Shown here piece by piece: positions 28,407 to 37,847 of a stretch of DNA of 64,000 nucleotides. Position 1 is the stretch's first letter. Every line of letters begins with the position of its first letter. The DNA lies in NCBI GenBank assembly GCA_049516635.1, contig JBEKSX010000010.1, positions 6,541 through 70,540 on the forward strand, given 5' to 3'. The notes under the pieces are model-generated. The model made no database searches and was not told where the DNA came from. It worked only from the letters and a program-made list of their open reading frames with translations. A program made the position numbers and the translations under genes. Origin of the DNA: Ignavibacteria bacterium (lineage in GTDB: Bacteria; Bacteroidota; Ignavibacteria; Tepidaquicellales; OLB5).

Positions 28407-29696
28407 TTATTTTTTGAACGTAAGGATTACTTCAGTCCCCTGGTTTAGTTTGCTGAGGATAATGATAGTCCCGTGATGGTTGTCCATAATTTTCTTTGTT
28501 ATCGACAAGCCCAGCCCGAATCCTCCCGTTTTTCTGGAACGGGACCTATCGGCACGGTAGAATGGTTCAAATATATATTTCAGGTCTTCCTCTGAAATTC
28601 CTACTCCATTATCCTTAACCGAAATGATCACAGAATCAAATTTATCGTTCAAAATGATTTGTATATTGCCTGTTGAGTACTTGAGGGCATTTTCAATGAT
28701 ATTCCTTAATACCATCATTACTTTTTCCGGATCGATGTTGATATAAACTCTGTTATTGGTACCTTTAAAAATCAATCTCTCATTCGATGTATATTCGGAT
28801 ATAACATCTTCTATTAATTCCGCAATGTCCACTCTTTCATACTTAAGTACATCATAATCACTTTCGACCCGATAATTCTCCAGAAGACCTGATATCATTT
28901 TTTCCATTTCCATCACGTCTTCGTTTATCTTGTCCTTGGTCGAATCCACCTCAAGACCTAATTTTATCCTGGTCAGAGGGCTCCGTAATTCATGCGAGAC
29001 GTTCAGGAGCAGTTGTTCTTTTGATTTGATGGCATGTTTTATTTTAGACGCCATCTCGGTGATGGAATCGGCTAATTCGCCCATCTCATCTCTGCGTTTC
29101 ACTTTTACGTCGGTATCGTATTTTCCTTCGCCAATCTGCTCTACGGCATAGGTTAATTTTCTGAGCGGGCTAAATAGCCACCTCAACAGAAAATACAGCG
29201 GAATAAATATTATGCTGACAAGTATTATGATAATAATTATTGCCCTTTCCGGATTGAAAAAATCCTGTGAAGAAAGTGTTGCAAAGATGAAAACCCCGAG
29301 CGGTGTTTTGAATACATAGATCGGTCTCCCCTCGTATTCCAGCCGGAATGATTCTGTGGTGGGAAATTTTTCTTTGAATTCATCATCTGTTGCAAGCTCT
29401 TCAATCTTAGGTACATGGTCGGAAGTGGTCCAATTCATATTGTGTGATTGAAAACGGATATTAAGGTTTAGGTCTTCTGCGAGGTTTCTGGCTTTCACCG
29501 TGTCGGGCGGTACACCGATATCTTTAATAATATACTCATTCATCTTAAGGATATATACCGGAATGAACCTTCTTGGTGCGCCTTCAGTACTAAAACGCAA
29601 AAATGCCCAGATCGATAGGTTGATCAGGATACCAAAAAATATCACTATGAACATCAGCTGGGGAAATATAGATCTGAAAAACCTGAACCTGGTCAT
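28407..29696 (-). CDS. Sensor histidine kinase (2 TM, HAMP, HisKA, HATPase_c)
   Basis: 429 aa. H-box NVSHELRSPLT, N-box IIENALKYS, G-boxes DNGVGI and GGFGLGLSI. 2-nt gap to the upstream response regulator. Confidence 0.85.
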   Translation of the reverse strand: MTRFRFFRSIFPQLMFIVIFFGILINLSIWAFLRFSTEGAPRRFIPVYILKMNEYIIKDIGVPPDTVKARNLAEDLNLNIRFQSHNMNWTTSDHVPKIEELATDDEFKEKFPTTESFRLEYEGRPIYVFKTPLGVFIFATLSSQDFFNPERAIIIIIILVSIIFIPLYFLLRWLFSPLRKLTYAVEQIGEGKYDTDVKVKRRDEMGELADSITEMASKIKHAIKSKEQLLLNVSHELRSPLTRIKLGLEVDSTKDKINEDVMEMEKMISGLLENYRVESDYDVLKYERVDIAELIEDVISEYTSNERLIFKGTNNRVYINIDPEKVMMVLRNIIENALKYSTGNIQIILNDKFDSVIISVKDNGVGISEEDLKYIFEPFYRADRSRSRKTGGFGLGLSITKKIMDNHHGTIIILSKLNQGTEVILTFKK

Positions 29697-29698
29697 AT

Positions 29699-30406
29699 TT
29701 ATTCTTCAGCCTCTGCGTAGAACATATATCCCACAGTGTGAACCGTTTTGATTATCTGTCCTTTTTTGTTTGAACTGCTTTTAAGTTTATTCCTCAATCT
29801 CGAAACCATCACGTCCACTGATCTGTCGAATGACATCCACGATATACCCCTGGTGTTCTGCATTATTTCGTCACGTGAAAGCACCTTGCCGTTATGTTTG
29901 ACAAAAAGCATCAATAATTCGAACTCCGTAGATGTCAGCTCAAGATCTTTTCCATGAAGAAATGCCGTACGCTTATTCGGATCTATAACGAGCTCTCCGG
30001 CCAATGTATTGAGCTTGATGATCTCGTTCTTTTTAAATTTCACTTCAACCCTCCTGAGAACTGACTGCATACGTGCAAGCAGTTCTCTAGGCTCAAACGG
30101 CTTGGGCAGGTAATCATCCGCGCCTAACTCCAGACCGACGACCTTATCGGTAACTTCTCCCCTTGCAGTGAGCATAACTATGGGAGTTTCATAATCCTTT
30201 CTTATTTGCTTGCAAGCTTCGAAACCATCCATTTCCGGAAGCATAATATCCAGTATGATAAGATCATAATGATTGGTTTTCAGCTTAACAAATCCGTCTT
30301 TTGGATTTTCAACGGCAGTTACCTTATAATTATTCTTTCCGAGATATTCTTTAAGAAGATCGTTCAGTTTGATGTCATCGTCTATTACTAAAATTGATTT
30401 ACTCAT
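29699..30406 (-). CDS. OmpR-family response regulator
   Basis: 235 aa. Receiver LVIDDD...DLIILDIMLPEMDG...LTA, and a winged-helix C-terminus LTSTEFELLMLF...VHTVGYMF. Confidence 0.9.
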   Translation of the reverse strand: MSKSILVIDDDIKLNDLLKEYLGKNNYKVTAVENPKDGFVKLKTNHYDLIILDIMLPEMDGFEACKQIRKDYETPIVMLTARGEVTDKVVGLELGADDYLPKPFEPRELLARMQSVLRRVEVKFKKNEIIKLNTLAGELVIDPNKRTAFLHGKDLELTSTEFELLMLFVKHNGKVLSRDEIMQNTRGISWMSFDRSVDVMVSRLRNKLKSSSNKKGQIIKTVHTVGYMFYAEAEE

Positions 30407-30522
30407 ATTTAAAAATAATCAAAGAAATTGTCTTATACTATATCACAAAAACCCGCAAACCCTCCCTTGCGGAACAGAATCGTATGCAAGGAAGGGTTAT
30501 ATAAGGAGGTAAAATGAGCTAA

Positions 30523-31050
30523 TTATTGAGATTCTTGTTTTTTATCGTGACCTGACTTTTCATGCTTTTCTTTCATCTCATTCATCTTATCTACGAGCTT
30601 TGTTCTTTGCTCGGGTGTTAAAATATCATGGAACTTCACAATTTCGCCCATGATAAATTCCTTCATTTCCTGCCGGTTAGATTCGCGTTTTGCATCAATA
30701 TCTTTTAGCGTCTGCACATCCAGATTATCCTGCTTGAACGCATTCTGGAAATCAGAGAGCCCCTGTCCTTTATTCTGCTTCATGCTCTCTCTCTTCGCCT
30801 TGATCTCGCTCTTGATCTTATCCACATCTGCCTTTTGCTGTGCGGTAAGGTTAAGATCTTTTGTTAATTTATCCATCATGAAGATCCAGGGACCTTTATC
30901 CCTGAATTCTTTTACTTTTTGTGTATAGGCAACTCCGGCCAATCCTATCAAAAGTATAATTATAATAAGAGTACTGGTCAAGTAGAATTTCTTTCTTGAT
31001 TTTCTTACCGGCCTTTGATGCTCTTCTGTTGATTCAACTATTTCTGACAT
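30523..31050 (-). CDS. Membrane-anchored LTXXQ-motif (Spy/CpxP-like) periplasmic protein
   Basis: 175 aa with an N-terminal TM anchor, two LTxxQ motifs (LTAQQ, LTPEQ) and a charged helical body. It lies upstream of the RR-HK pair on the same strand. Confidence 0.6.
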   Translation of the reverse strand: MSEIVESTEEHQRPVRKSRKKFYLTSTLIIIILLIGLAGVAYTQKVKEFRDKGPWIFMMDKLTKDLNLTAQQKADVDKIKSEIKAKRESMKQNKGQGLSDFQNAFKQDNLDVQTLKDIDAKRESNRQEMKEFIMGEIVKFHDILTPEQRTKLVDKMNEMKEKHEKSGHDKKQESQ

Positions 31051-31354
31051 TTTAATTTCTCCTCCCGATTCAACGGGATATTATTTATTTTTTATTTTAA
31101 ATACGATACTAACTTAAGCTGTTTAAATACTAAAATTATGTTTCCTTTGTAAAAGAAATGTAAAATAATGTTACAAAAACATGTATTAACGAACAAACAA
31201 CTGCTAAAATCACCGTTTTTAATATTCCGTGCTATTATGTAACGGTAAAATAAGTTTAAGAACAGCAAAACGTGCTTTTATTATAAGATTTATTACATTT
31301 CTTTTGAAGAAAACCTGCATTTAAAGTCTGAATAATCTTATGTATTTTTAACAG

Positions 31355-31825
31355 ATGCCAGAAATAGAATCCAATTATATCGAACTGCATATTTATAATC
31401 CCATCATAGATAAGTTCTTACTGTTAAAACGGGCACAGCATAAGATATATGCAGGCACTTGGCAGATGATAACCGCAACCTGTGAGGAAAATGAGTCGAC
31501 ACCGGAGACCGCTGTAAGAGAACTTTATGAGGAAACAAAATTGAGACCGGTTAAGCTGTACGTGGTCCCGCATGTCAATACTTTTTATTTTGACGTGAAT
31601 AACACGATATGCCTTTCACCGGTATTTCTTGCCATAGTCGAAACAGATAAAGTATCTATCTCGGATGAACATACTGAGTATAAATGGGTAACTTATGAGG
31701 AAGCAATAGAGCTTATTAACTGGCCTGACCAAATACAGAGTCTCGAAATAATAAAAAAATATCTGGAAGATAAGATACTCTCAAAAAAATTGACCCTGAT
31801 CCCTCTTCATGAATCAGAACATTGA
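31355..31825 (+). CDS. NUDIX hydrolase
   Basis: 156 aa. Nudix box G-x5-E-x7-REL-x-EET (GTWQMITATCEENESTPETAVRELYEETKL). Confidence 0.75.
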   Translation: MPEIESNYIELHIYNPIIDKFLLLKRAQHKIYAGTWQMITATCEENESTPETAVRELYEETKLRPVKLYVVPHVNTFYFDVNNTICLSPVFLAIVETDKVSISDEHTEYKWVTYEEAIELINWPDQIQSLEIIKKYLEDKILSKKLTLIPLHESEH

Positions 31826-31872
31826 GGGCTTATAGAAATTACCAGAAGCTTTGAATCAAATCAAAAGAGAAA

Positions 31873-32964
31873 ATGAAAAAAGATAATTCAGACGAACAAT
31901 TTATCAAACGATGCCTCGAACTTGCTTTTAAGGGAGCCGGTTATACTTCTCCGAATCCAATGGTAGGTTGCATCATCGTAAAGAACGGAAAGATCTTAGC
32001 AGAAGGTTTCCACAAACAGTTTGGAGCTGATCACGCTGAAATAAATGCAATAAATTCGGCATTAAAGAGAAAAAAGGATTTGAGAGGCTCGTCATTATAC
32101 GTCAACCTGGAACCGTGCTCACACACCGGAAAAACTCCGCCATGTACGGATAGGATAATCGAAAACAGGATCGGTGAAGTGGTCATAGGAACGATAGACC
32201 CTAATCCTCTGGTGAACGGGAAAGGAATAAAAAAATTAAAAAAAGCAGGCATCAAAGTAAGAACCGAAGTACTCGAAGAGGAATGCAGGGAATTTAATAA
32301 GTTTTATTTCAAGTATATCAAAACGGGATTACCATATGTAACCATTAAACTGGCACAGACCATTGACGGAAAGATAGCCGATATGGAAGGTAATTCAAAA
32401 TGGATAAGTTCTCCCGAATCAAGGAAATATGTTCATGAGCTCAGGAGCAGATACGATTCTGTATTGATAGGAAAAAATACGCTTGAAAAAGATGATCCGG
32501 AGCTTACGGTAAGGCATTTTAAAGGACGCAATCCATACAGGATAGTCATTGACAGGAACCTGACAACCGATCTAAACAAAAATCTGTTCTCGGACGGGTT
32601 CACGGATAGAACTATAATAATTTCAGCAGAGAAAGCCGATCCATTTCTGGATAAGATATTTGGCGAAAGAAGGATCAGGTTAATAGTCTCAAAGTTAAAG
32701 GATAATAAGATCGACCTAAAAGATGCATTGAAAAAAATTGGAAAGGTCGGCATCACCAGTGTTATTATCGAAGGTGGGGCTTACACCTCTACGGAATTTC
32801 TCGAACAGGGTGTAGCCGACGACCTTCTTATCTTCATTGCACCGGAAATAATGGGTAAAGGATTAAGCTCTTTTATCCCGGAAAAAAAGATTGATCTAAC
32901 AAAACATAAAAACATCAATTGTAAAAAAATAGGCAAAGATATTTTAATAAATATTATTTTATAA
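31873..32964 (+). CDS. ribD: Bifunctional riboflavin biosynthesis deaminase/reductase
   Basis: 363 aa with HAEINAI, PCSHTGKTPPC (zinc deaminase) and a C-terminal reductase domain (TIKLAQTIDGKIA). Confidence 0.9.
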   Translation: MKKDNSDEQFIKRCLELAFKGAGYTSPNPMVGCIIVKNGKILAEGFHKQFGADHAEINAINSALKRKKDLRGSSLYVNLEPCSHTGKTPPCTDRIIENRIGEVVIGTIDPNPLVNGKGIKKLKKAGIKVRTEVLEEECREFNKFYFKYIKTGLPYVTIKLAQTIDGKIADMEGNSKWISSPESRKYVHELRSRYDSVLIGKNTLEKDDPELTVRHFKGRNPYRIVIDRNLTTDLNKNLFSDGFTDRTIIISAEKADPFLDKIFGERRIRLIVSKLKDNKIDLKDALKKIGKVGITSVIIEGGAYTSTEFLEQGVADDLLIFIAPEIMGKGLSSFIPEKKIDLTKHKNINCKKIGKDILINIIL

Positions 32965-32970
32965 CAGTAT

Positions 32971-33627
32971 ATGTTTTCAGGCATAGTAGAAGAACAGGGT
33001 GTTATCACCAAGAAGATTAAAATTCCCGAAGGATTCAAGTTTAGAGTAAAAGCCAAAAAAGTCTCTAAAGGATTAAAAAAAGCTGACAGTGTATCTATCA
33101 ACGGCGTTTGCCACACCATTACGAAAAAGCTCAAGAATGAATTTGAATTCGTATCGATGCACGAAACACTGAAAAAGACGAATATAGGCGGGCTTGATCT
33201 AAAGGTGAAAGTCAACCTCGAAAGATCGCTTCGTATCGGCGGCGAGATAGGCGGACACTTTGTGTTCGGACATATAGATGATACGGGAATTATCACGGAT
33301 ATCAAACAGATCAGAGATGAAACAAATCCCGGGAAAGAGTCCGATAACTGGGAGTATTTTATTAGAATTGACAAAAAATACGCGCCTTATGTCATCTATG
33401 TCGGCTCGATTGCTGTCGATGGGGTAAGCTTAACGGTTGCGGAAGTCCATCCGGTGACTGGAGATCACTTCGATATAAAAGTTGCAATCATTCCTTATAC
33501 ATATAAAAATACACGCTTCAATGAATACAAAGTTAATGACATTGTGAACATAGAATTTGATTTTCTCGGAAAATACGTGCAAAAGATCCTGGAAAACAGG
33601 CCGGAGATAAAGCAAAATTTAACGTGA
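32971..33627 (+). CDS. ribE: Riboflavin synthase
   Basis: 218 aa. MFSGIVEEQG N-terminus, duplicated lumazine-binding repeats (SVSINGVCHTI / SIAVDGVSLTV). Confidence 0.9.
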   Translation: MFSGIVEEQGVITKKIKIPEGFKFRVKAKKVSKGLKKADSVSINGVCHTITKKLKNEFEFVSMHETLKKTNIGGLDLKVKVNLERSLRIGGEIGGHFVFGHIDDTGIITDIKQIRDETNPGKESDNWEYFIRIDKKYAPYVIYVGSIAVDGVSLTVAEVHPVTGDHFDIKVAIIPYTYKNTRFNEYKVNDIVNIEFDFLGKYVQKILENRPEIKQNLT

Positions 33628-33634
33628 ACTGATC

Positions 33635-34060
33635 ATGTTATTATTTCAGAAAGAAATAATTCTATCCCCGAAGTCACGCGGATTTCATCTTATCACGAAT
33701 GAGATTCTTAACCGCTTACCTGAGATTAAGGAAATAAAAACCGGGCTGGCGCACATATTTATACATCATACCTCAGCTTCACTGACGATCAATGAAAATG
33801 CCGATCCGGATGTCCGGAAAGATATGGAAACGCACTTTAATATCATGATCCCGGATGGTGCGAAACATTTCAGGCACACACTTGAGGGTCCCGATGATAT
33901 GACCTCGCATATCAAATCATCGATACTCGGCAATAGTCTGTCTATCCCGATCACTGACGGTATGCTAAATCTCGGTACATGGCAGGGCATCTATCTTTGT
34001 GAGCACCGTAACCACGCAGAGAGAAGAAAGATTGTGGTCACACTAATGGGGAACGGGTGA
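33635..34060 (+). CDS. yjbQ: YjbQ/UPF0047 family (secondary thiamine-phosphate synthase) protein
   Basis: 141 aa with HTSASLTINENADPDVRKDME and GTWQGIYLCEHR. Confidence 0.85.
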   Translation: MLLFQKEIILSPKSRGFHLITNEILNRLPEIKEIKTGLAHIFIHHTSASLTINENADPDVRKDMETHFNIMIPDGAKHFRHTLEGPDDMTSHIKSSILGNSLSIPITDGMLNLGTWQGIYLCEHRNHAERRKIVVTLMGNG

Positions 34061-34072
34061 GTTTACTTTCCT

Positions 34073-34459
34073 TCAGATTACCTTCAGGCTTCTTCTATTT
34101 TCATCATTGTCATAATATACCCGCCATTCTGCAACAAGATCATTCCGTATCCTTGCACTCCATATAGCACGGTCATATTTATTATCCTTTGACCAATATG
34201 CATGACCGATCATTATCACAATATCATCATAGGATTCTATCCTGTCAAACGTATTCTTATATATAGGGAACGCCTTAAAAAATTTTGACCAAGAAGCAAT
34301 CATATCCTGTTTGGACTTCACAGTAGTGTTTTCACGGTCAATAAACGTATGATCCTCCGTCATTAAGCGGGCAAGTCCTTCAATGTCCCGGTTGTTAATA
34401 CATTCATTGAAGAGTAGTGCTATTATTTTGGGGTCTCTCAAATTCATATTTGATTTCAA
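34073..34459 (-). CDS. NTF2/SnoaL-like fold protein
   Basis: 128 aa with LFNECINNRDIEGLARLMTEDHTFID, typical of SnoaL-like/DUF4440 domains. Confidence 0.55.
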   Translation of the reverse strand: MKSNMNLRDPKIIALLFNECINNRDIEGLARLMTEDHTFIDRENTTVKSKQDMIASWSKFFKAFPIYKNTFDRIESYDDIVIMIGHAYWSKDNKYDRAIWSARIRNDLVAEWRVYYDNDENRRSLKVI

Positions 34460-34632
34460 ATATAATAACAGAAGCGGCTTTTTACTATATAATTAAATGA
34501 TAAGTCAAAAATATTCTATCTTTCCGCAGAATCTCCCGTAGGTGACTCTGCGGGGACTTGAAAGATAAGTCAAAAATAATTTCATCTCTATCTCTTATAT
34601 TTGTATGTATAATTTTAAGGGAGGATAACTAT

Positions 34633-35091
34633 ATGTTCTCAACAGCACGTTATTTCATTAAAACAAGCATTGTTTTTCTGATAGTCGGATTGCTTACGGG
34701 ACTGCACATGACGCTTGCAACAAATGTATTTAAGAAAGGTTACGGAGCTGAGCTTATATCCGCGCATACGCATGTAATACTCGTCGGTTCGGTAATAATG
34801 ATGATAATGGGGGTAGCCCTCTGGTTCTTCCCGCGTCCCGAGAAAACGGATACACAGTATAACCCGGCCAACATTCTTATAGCATACTGGATAATGACCA
34901 TAGCAACATCACTGCGTTACATTTTCCAGGTTACGGCGGCATACTCCAATATTGATTGGGTGTGGGTTATGATAACGGTTTTTTCGACATTCCAGATAAT
35001 TGCAATAATATATTTCTTCTATACCATGTGGGGACGCATCCGTGCTTCCGGCGGAAGCGTGATCAGGGAACAAAAGGGTGAAAAGTTCTAA
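34633..35091 (+). CDS. Small membrane protein with a heme-copper-oxidase subunit I helix-X-like H-x-H motif
   Basis: Start moved to ATG 34633, which has AAGGGAGG 9 nt upstream. 152 aa, about 4 TM helices. SAHTHVILVGSVIMMIMG resembles the AHFHYVLSMG heme-ligand helix of oxidase subunit I. Confidence 0.5.
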   Translation: MFSTARYFIKTSIVFLIVGLLTGLHMTLATNVFKKGYGAELISAHTHVILVGSVIMMIMGVALWFFPRPEKTDTQYNPANILIAYWIMTIATSLRYIFQVTAAYSNIDWVWVMITVFSTFQIIAIIYFFYTMWGRIRASGGSVIREQKGEKF

Positions 35092-35097
35092 ACTATA

Positions 35098-35145
35098 TGT
35101 CATTCCTGCAGCCTGCCCCTGCCAACGGCGGGAAGGCTGGAATCC
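35098..35145. repeat. Hairpin repeat, TGTCATTCC...GGAATCC family
   Basis: TGTCATTCCTGCAGCCTGCCCCTGCCAACGGCGGGAAGGCTGGAATCC, immediately after the stop at 35091. Confidence 0.7.
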
Positions 35146-35227
35146 AGTTAAAGTATTAATTACGAACATGATATCGTTACAGAGTCCCTATTCATAAGAC
35201 TAAGCTAGGACTGAATCCCGAATCAAG

Positions 35228-35259
35228 TTCTCCACAGGAGTCCTTTGGACGGGATGACA
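35228..35259. repeat. Short repeat of the TCCACnGGAnTCCT family
   Basis: TTCTCCACAGGAGTCCTTTGGACGGGATGACA. Related copies: 25258-25284 (TTCTCCACTGGAGTCCTTCGGACAGAC) and 25848-25872 (TGTCCACAGGACTCCTGCGGAGAAA). Confidence 0.6.
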
Positions 35260-35276
35260 TATTATTAAATAAAATT

Positions 35277-36347
35277 ATGAAAAAAATACCTAAATACATT
35301 TTTATTATTCTTCCGCTCGTGCTTCTGGGTCTGCTGACAGGCATCTGGGCGGGATGTATACGCATCGGATGGAACTTCCCTCTATCATCATTTGCAGGCG
35401 AGCACGGTGCATTGATGGTAGGAAGTTTCCTCGGAACGCTCATCTGCCTTGAAAGAGCGTTCACATTCCCGAAAAAAATTGCATTGATGCTTCCTCTCTT
35501 CAATTCACTCAGCTTTATATTTATCATTGCAAAATATCCCGTCATTGCATACTGGGTATTATTTATCGGGAGCATGGGACTGGTTGTTCTTTATTTTTTC
35601 TTGTACTTAAAGTTCAGCGAACTGTATGTGCTATTAATGATGATGGGTGCTATGTGCTGGGTTATCGGTAACGGGCTGCTCCTGCAAACTTCATTTTACC
35701 CACAGGCAGTAACATGGTGGATCGGATTTCTGTTTCTCACCATCACCGGGGAGCGGCTTGAACTTTCAAGATATCTGAATATCGGTAAAAGCACCAAATC
35801 AATATTCGTAATTCTCATAGCACTGTTCATTATAGGAATTACCATTCCTTTCCATGAATTTGGCGGGTATGTAACCGCAGTTTCACTAATCGGTTCATCA
35901 CTGTGGTTATTCATTTACGATATGCCGAGAAGAAATTTGAAGAACACGGGAGTGCACAAATATTCGGGGATTGTTCTGCTGACAGGTTTTTTCTGGCTCT
36001 TCATCTGCGGTTTGCTGATGGCTTACGGCTCATATGAAATGTTATTATATGATGCAGTGCTCCATACATTCTTCATCGGGTTCGTATTTTCAATGATATT
36101 CGCACACGCACCGATAATATTGCCAGGAATTCTAGGCATCCCGGTAAAACCTTTTCACGGTTTGCTGTATGTATGGTTCATTTTGCTTCAGCTCTCACTG
36201 TTGATGAGGTTATCCGTTCTTTTAACAAATGACGTATTTATCAAACAGCTCAGCGGTATGATAAGCGGGATTGTGATAATAGGGTTTATAGTGAATATGG
36301 AGATATTAGTTGCAAAGGGGAAGATGGAAAGCTTAAGTCGGTCATGA
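35277..36347 (+). CDS. Multi-pass (about 11-12 TM) membrane protein, possibly NnrS-like
   Basis: 356 aa, hydrophobic throughout. His-containing helices (AGEHGALMVGSFLG, HTFFIGFVFSMIFAHAPIILPG) are reminiscent of NnrS. The assignment is tentative. Confidence 0.45.
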   Translation: MKKIPKYIFIILPLVLLGLLTGIWAGCIRIGWNFPLSSFAGEHGALMVGSFLGTLICLERAFTFPKKIALMLPLFNSLSFIFIIAKYPVIAYWVLFIGSMGLVVLYFFLYLKFSELYVLLMMMGAMCWVIGNGLLLQTSFYPQAVTWWIGFLFLTITGERLELSRYLNIGKSTKSIFVILIALFIIGITIPFHEFGGYVTAVSLIGSSLWLFIYDMPRRNLKNTGVHKYSGIVLLTGFFWLFICGLLMAYGSYEMLLYDAVLHTFFIGFVFSMIFAHAPIILPGILGIPVKPFHGLLYVWFILLQLSLLMRLSVLLTNDVFIKQLSGMISGIVIIGFIVNMEILVAKGKMESLSRS

Positions 36348-36462
36348 AAATATTTGTAACTTTAAAGACTGAGAACCTAAATGTTTCGGGTTTTATTGTT
36401 TAACAAATCTCACTAATTTCGTAAAGTTGTATTAAAGAATGCATTATTAAAGAAAATCCGGT

Positions 36463-37842
36463 ATGAAGTCGAAAAAACCTATTCTATTTATTTTAATTTT
36501 GTGTTTCATATTACGATTATCTTTCTTTCTTGCGGTTCAGTACAGGAATACCGATTATCAACAACAATTCATCAAAGGGGATGCTCTCGAATACCATATA
36601 CTGGCAAGCAACTTGGTAAATTACCATCAGTTTTCTTCTGAAAAAGATGGTCCCCCCAATACCTATCGTACACCGGGTTACCCCTTATTTATAAGCATTT
36701 TTTACTTAATATTCGGGCCTCAACCATGGGTTGTCTTATTTGTTCAAATTATCGTAGATACAATTACATGCCTTTTTGTTTATCTTATTGGTGAATCGAT
36801 GCTGAGTAAGCGTGCCGGTTTATTTTCATCATTTTTTTATGCTCTTGATCCTTCTGCCATCCTACATACGTCCACGCTATTGAGTGATATATTATTCGTT
36901 TTTTTCATTTTACTTTCAATTTATTTCTTTTCAAAGCTGATAAAAGGAAAAGATGAAAAAGAATATTTAATACCTCTAATTCTTTCAAGTATATTTATAG
37001 CAATCGCAACATTGATAAGACCAATCACTATTTATTTGCCTATTTTATTGATACTATTCCTACTTATATATTTTAAAGGAAAAATAAAATACGCTTTTAA
37101 ATTAGTTCTGATTTTCCTTGTAATATTTATCTTAACGCTCTCTCCCTGGATGATTCGAAATGCTATTATTTTCGGATCTTATTCTCTGTCATCTTCCAGT
37201 ACAAAGAGCCTAATAGAAATGTATGTTCCCCCATTTGAAATGGAAAAGAGGAATCAGCCTTATGAAACTGTAACATCTTCATTAATGAATGAAGCAGATT
37301 CATTAATGTTGAAAGATGGGTATAATCCGTACAAAATGGATGAATTCCAAAAATCACCCTATTGGAAAAAAGTAGCATTAAAACATATTGCAGAGAATCC
37401 TATCCTTTTCTTAAAACATTACGCAATTGGAACCATCCACTATTTTGTCAATCTTGGAACTAGAGGATATTCAGATATGCTTAATCTGGAGGTTAAGACG
37501 AAGGATTTTGATATTAAGGGAAAACCGAATCCTTTAGAGACTATAAAACTCTGGTTTGCAAAAAAGTCTCTTACCGAAATATTGATCGGTATTTTTATTT
37601 CTTTGTTCTTGTTAGTATCTTATTCAGGGTTATTAGCCGGACTTATTATGGGATGGAAAAAATATAATAAAGCTTACCTTGTCTTATGTTTATTAATGGT
37701 TTTTTATTTCGTTCTCACTACCGGACCGCAAGGACTGGAAAGGTACAGATTACCTTCAATACCATTCTATCTGACTTTCACTTCTTTAGGAATCATTTAT
37801 ATAATTGATAGGTTCAAATCAAAATCCATTCATAAAAACTAA
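36463..37842 (+). CDS. GT-C fold glycosyltransferase (family 39 / ArnT-PMT_2-like)
   Basis: 459 aa, about 11 TM helices. The first-loop acidic motif GDALEY and YRTPGYPLFISIFY are typical of polyprenyl-phosphate-sugar-dependent GT-C enzymes. Confidence 0.7.
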   Translation: MKSKKPILFILILCFILRLSFFLAVQYRNTDYQQQFIKGDALEYHILASNLVNYHQFSSEKDGPPNTYRTPGYPLFISIFYLIFGPQPWVVLFVQIIVDTITCLFVYLIGESMLSKRAGLFSSFFYALDPSAILHTSTLLSDILFVFFILLSIYFFSKLIKGKDEKEYLIPLILSSIFIAIATLIRPITIYLPILLILFLLIYFKGKIKYAFKLVLIFLVIFILTLSPWMIRNAIIFGSYSLSSSSTKSLIEMYVPPFEMEKRNQPYETVTSSLMNEADSLMLKDGYNPYKMDEFQKSPYWKKVALKHIAENPILFLKHYAIGTIHYFVNLGTRGYSDMLNLEVKTKDFDIKGKPNPLETIKLWFAKKSLTEILIGIFISLFLLVSYSGLLAGLIMGWKKYNKAYLVLCLLMVFYFVLTTGPQGLERYRLPSIPFYLTFTSLGIIYIIDRFKSKSIHKN

Positions 37843-37847
37843 GATAA

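Noticed and set aside
31051-31872. FMN riboswitch upstream of the NUDIX-ribD-ribE genes
   Set aside because: Reading both intergenic stretches, I found none of the conserved GC-rich FMN-element cores. The region is AT-rich and lacks the multi-stem architecture. A cmscan would be needed for certainty.
32781-33374. 197-aa minus-strand ORF antisense to ribD/ribE, and similar long antisense ORFs (e.g. 280-666, 1788-2144, 13555-13905, 14951-15313, 20399-20774, 26440-26907, 55878-56177, 56202-56600)
   Set aside because: These are shadow ORFs opposite genes with strong family motifs. They have low-complexity or odd composition, no ribosome-binding sites, and would require complete overlap with conserved genes.
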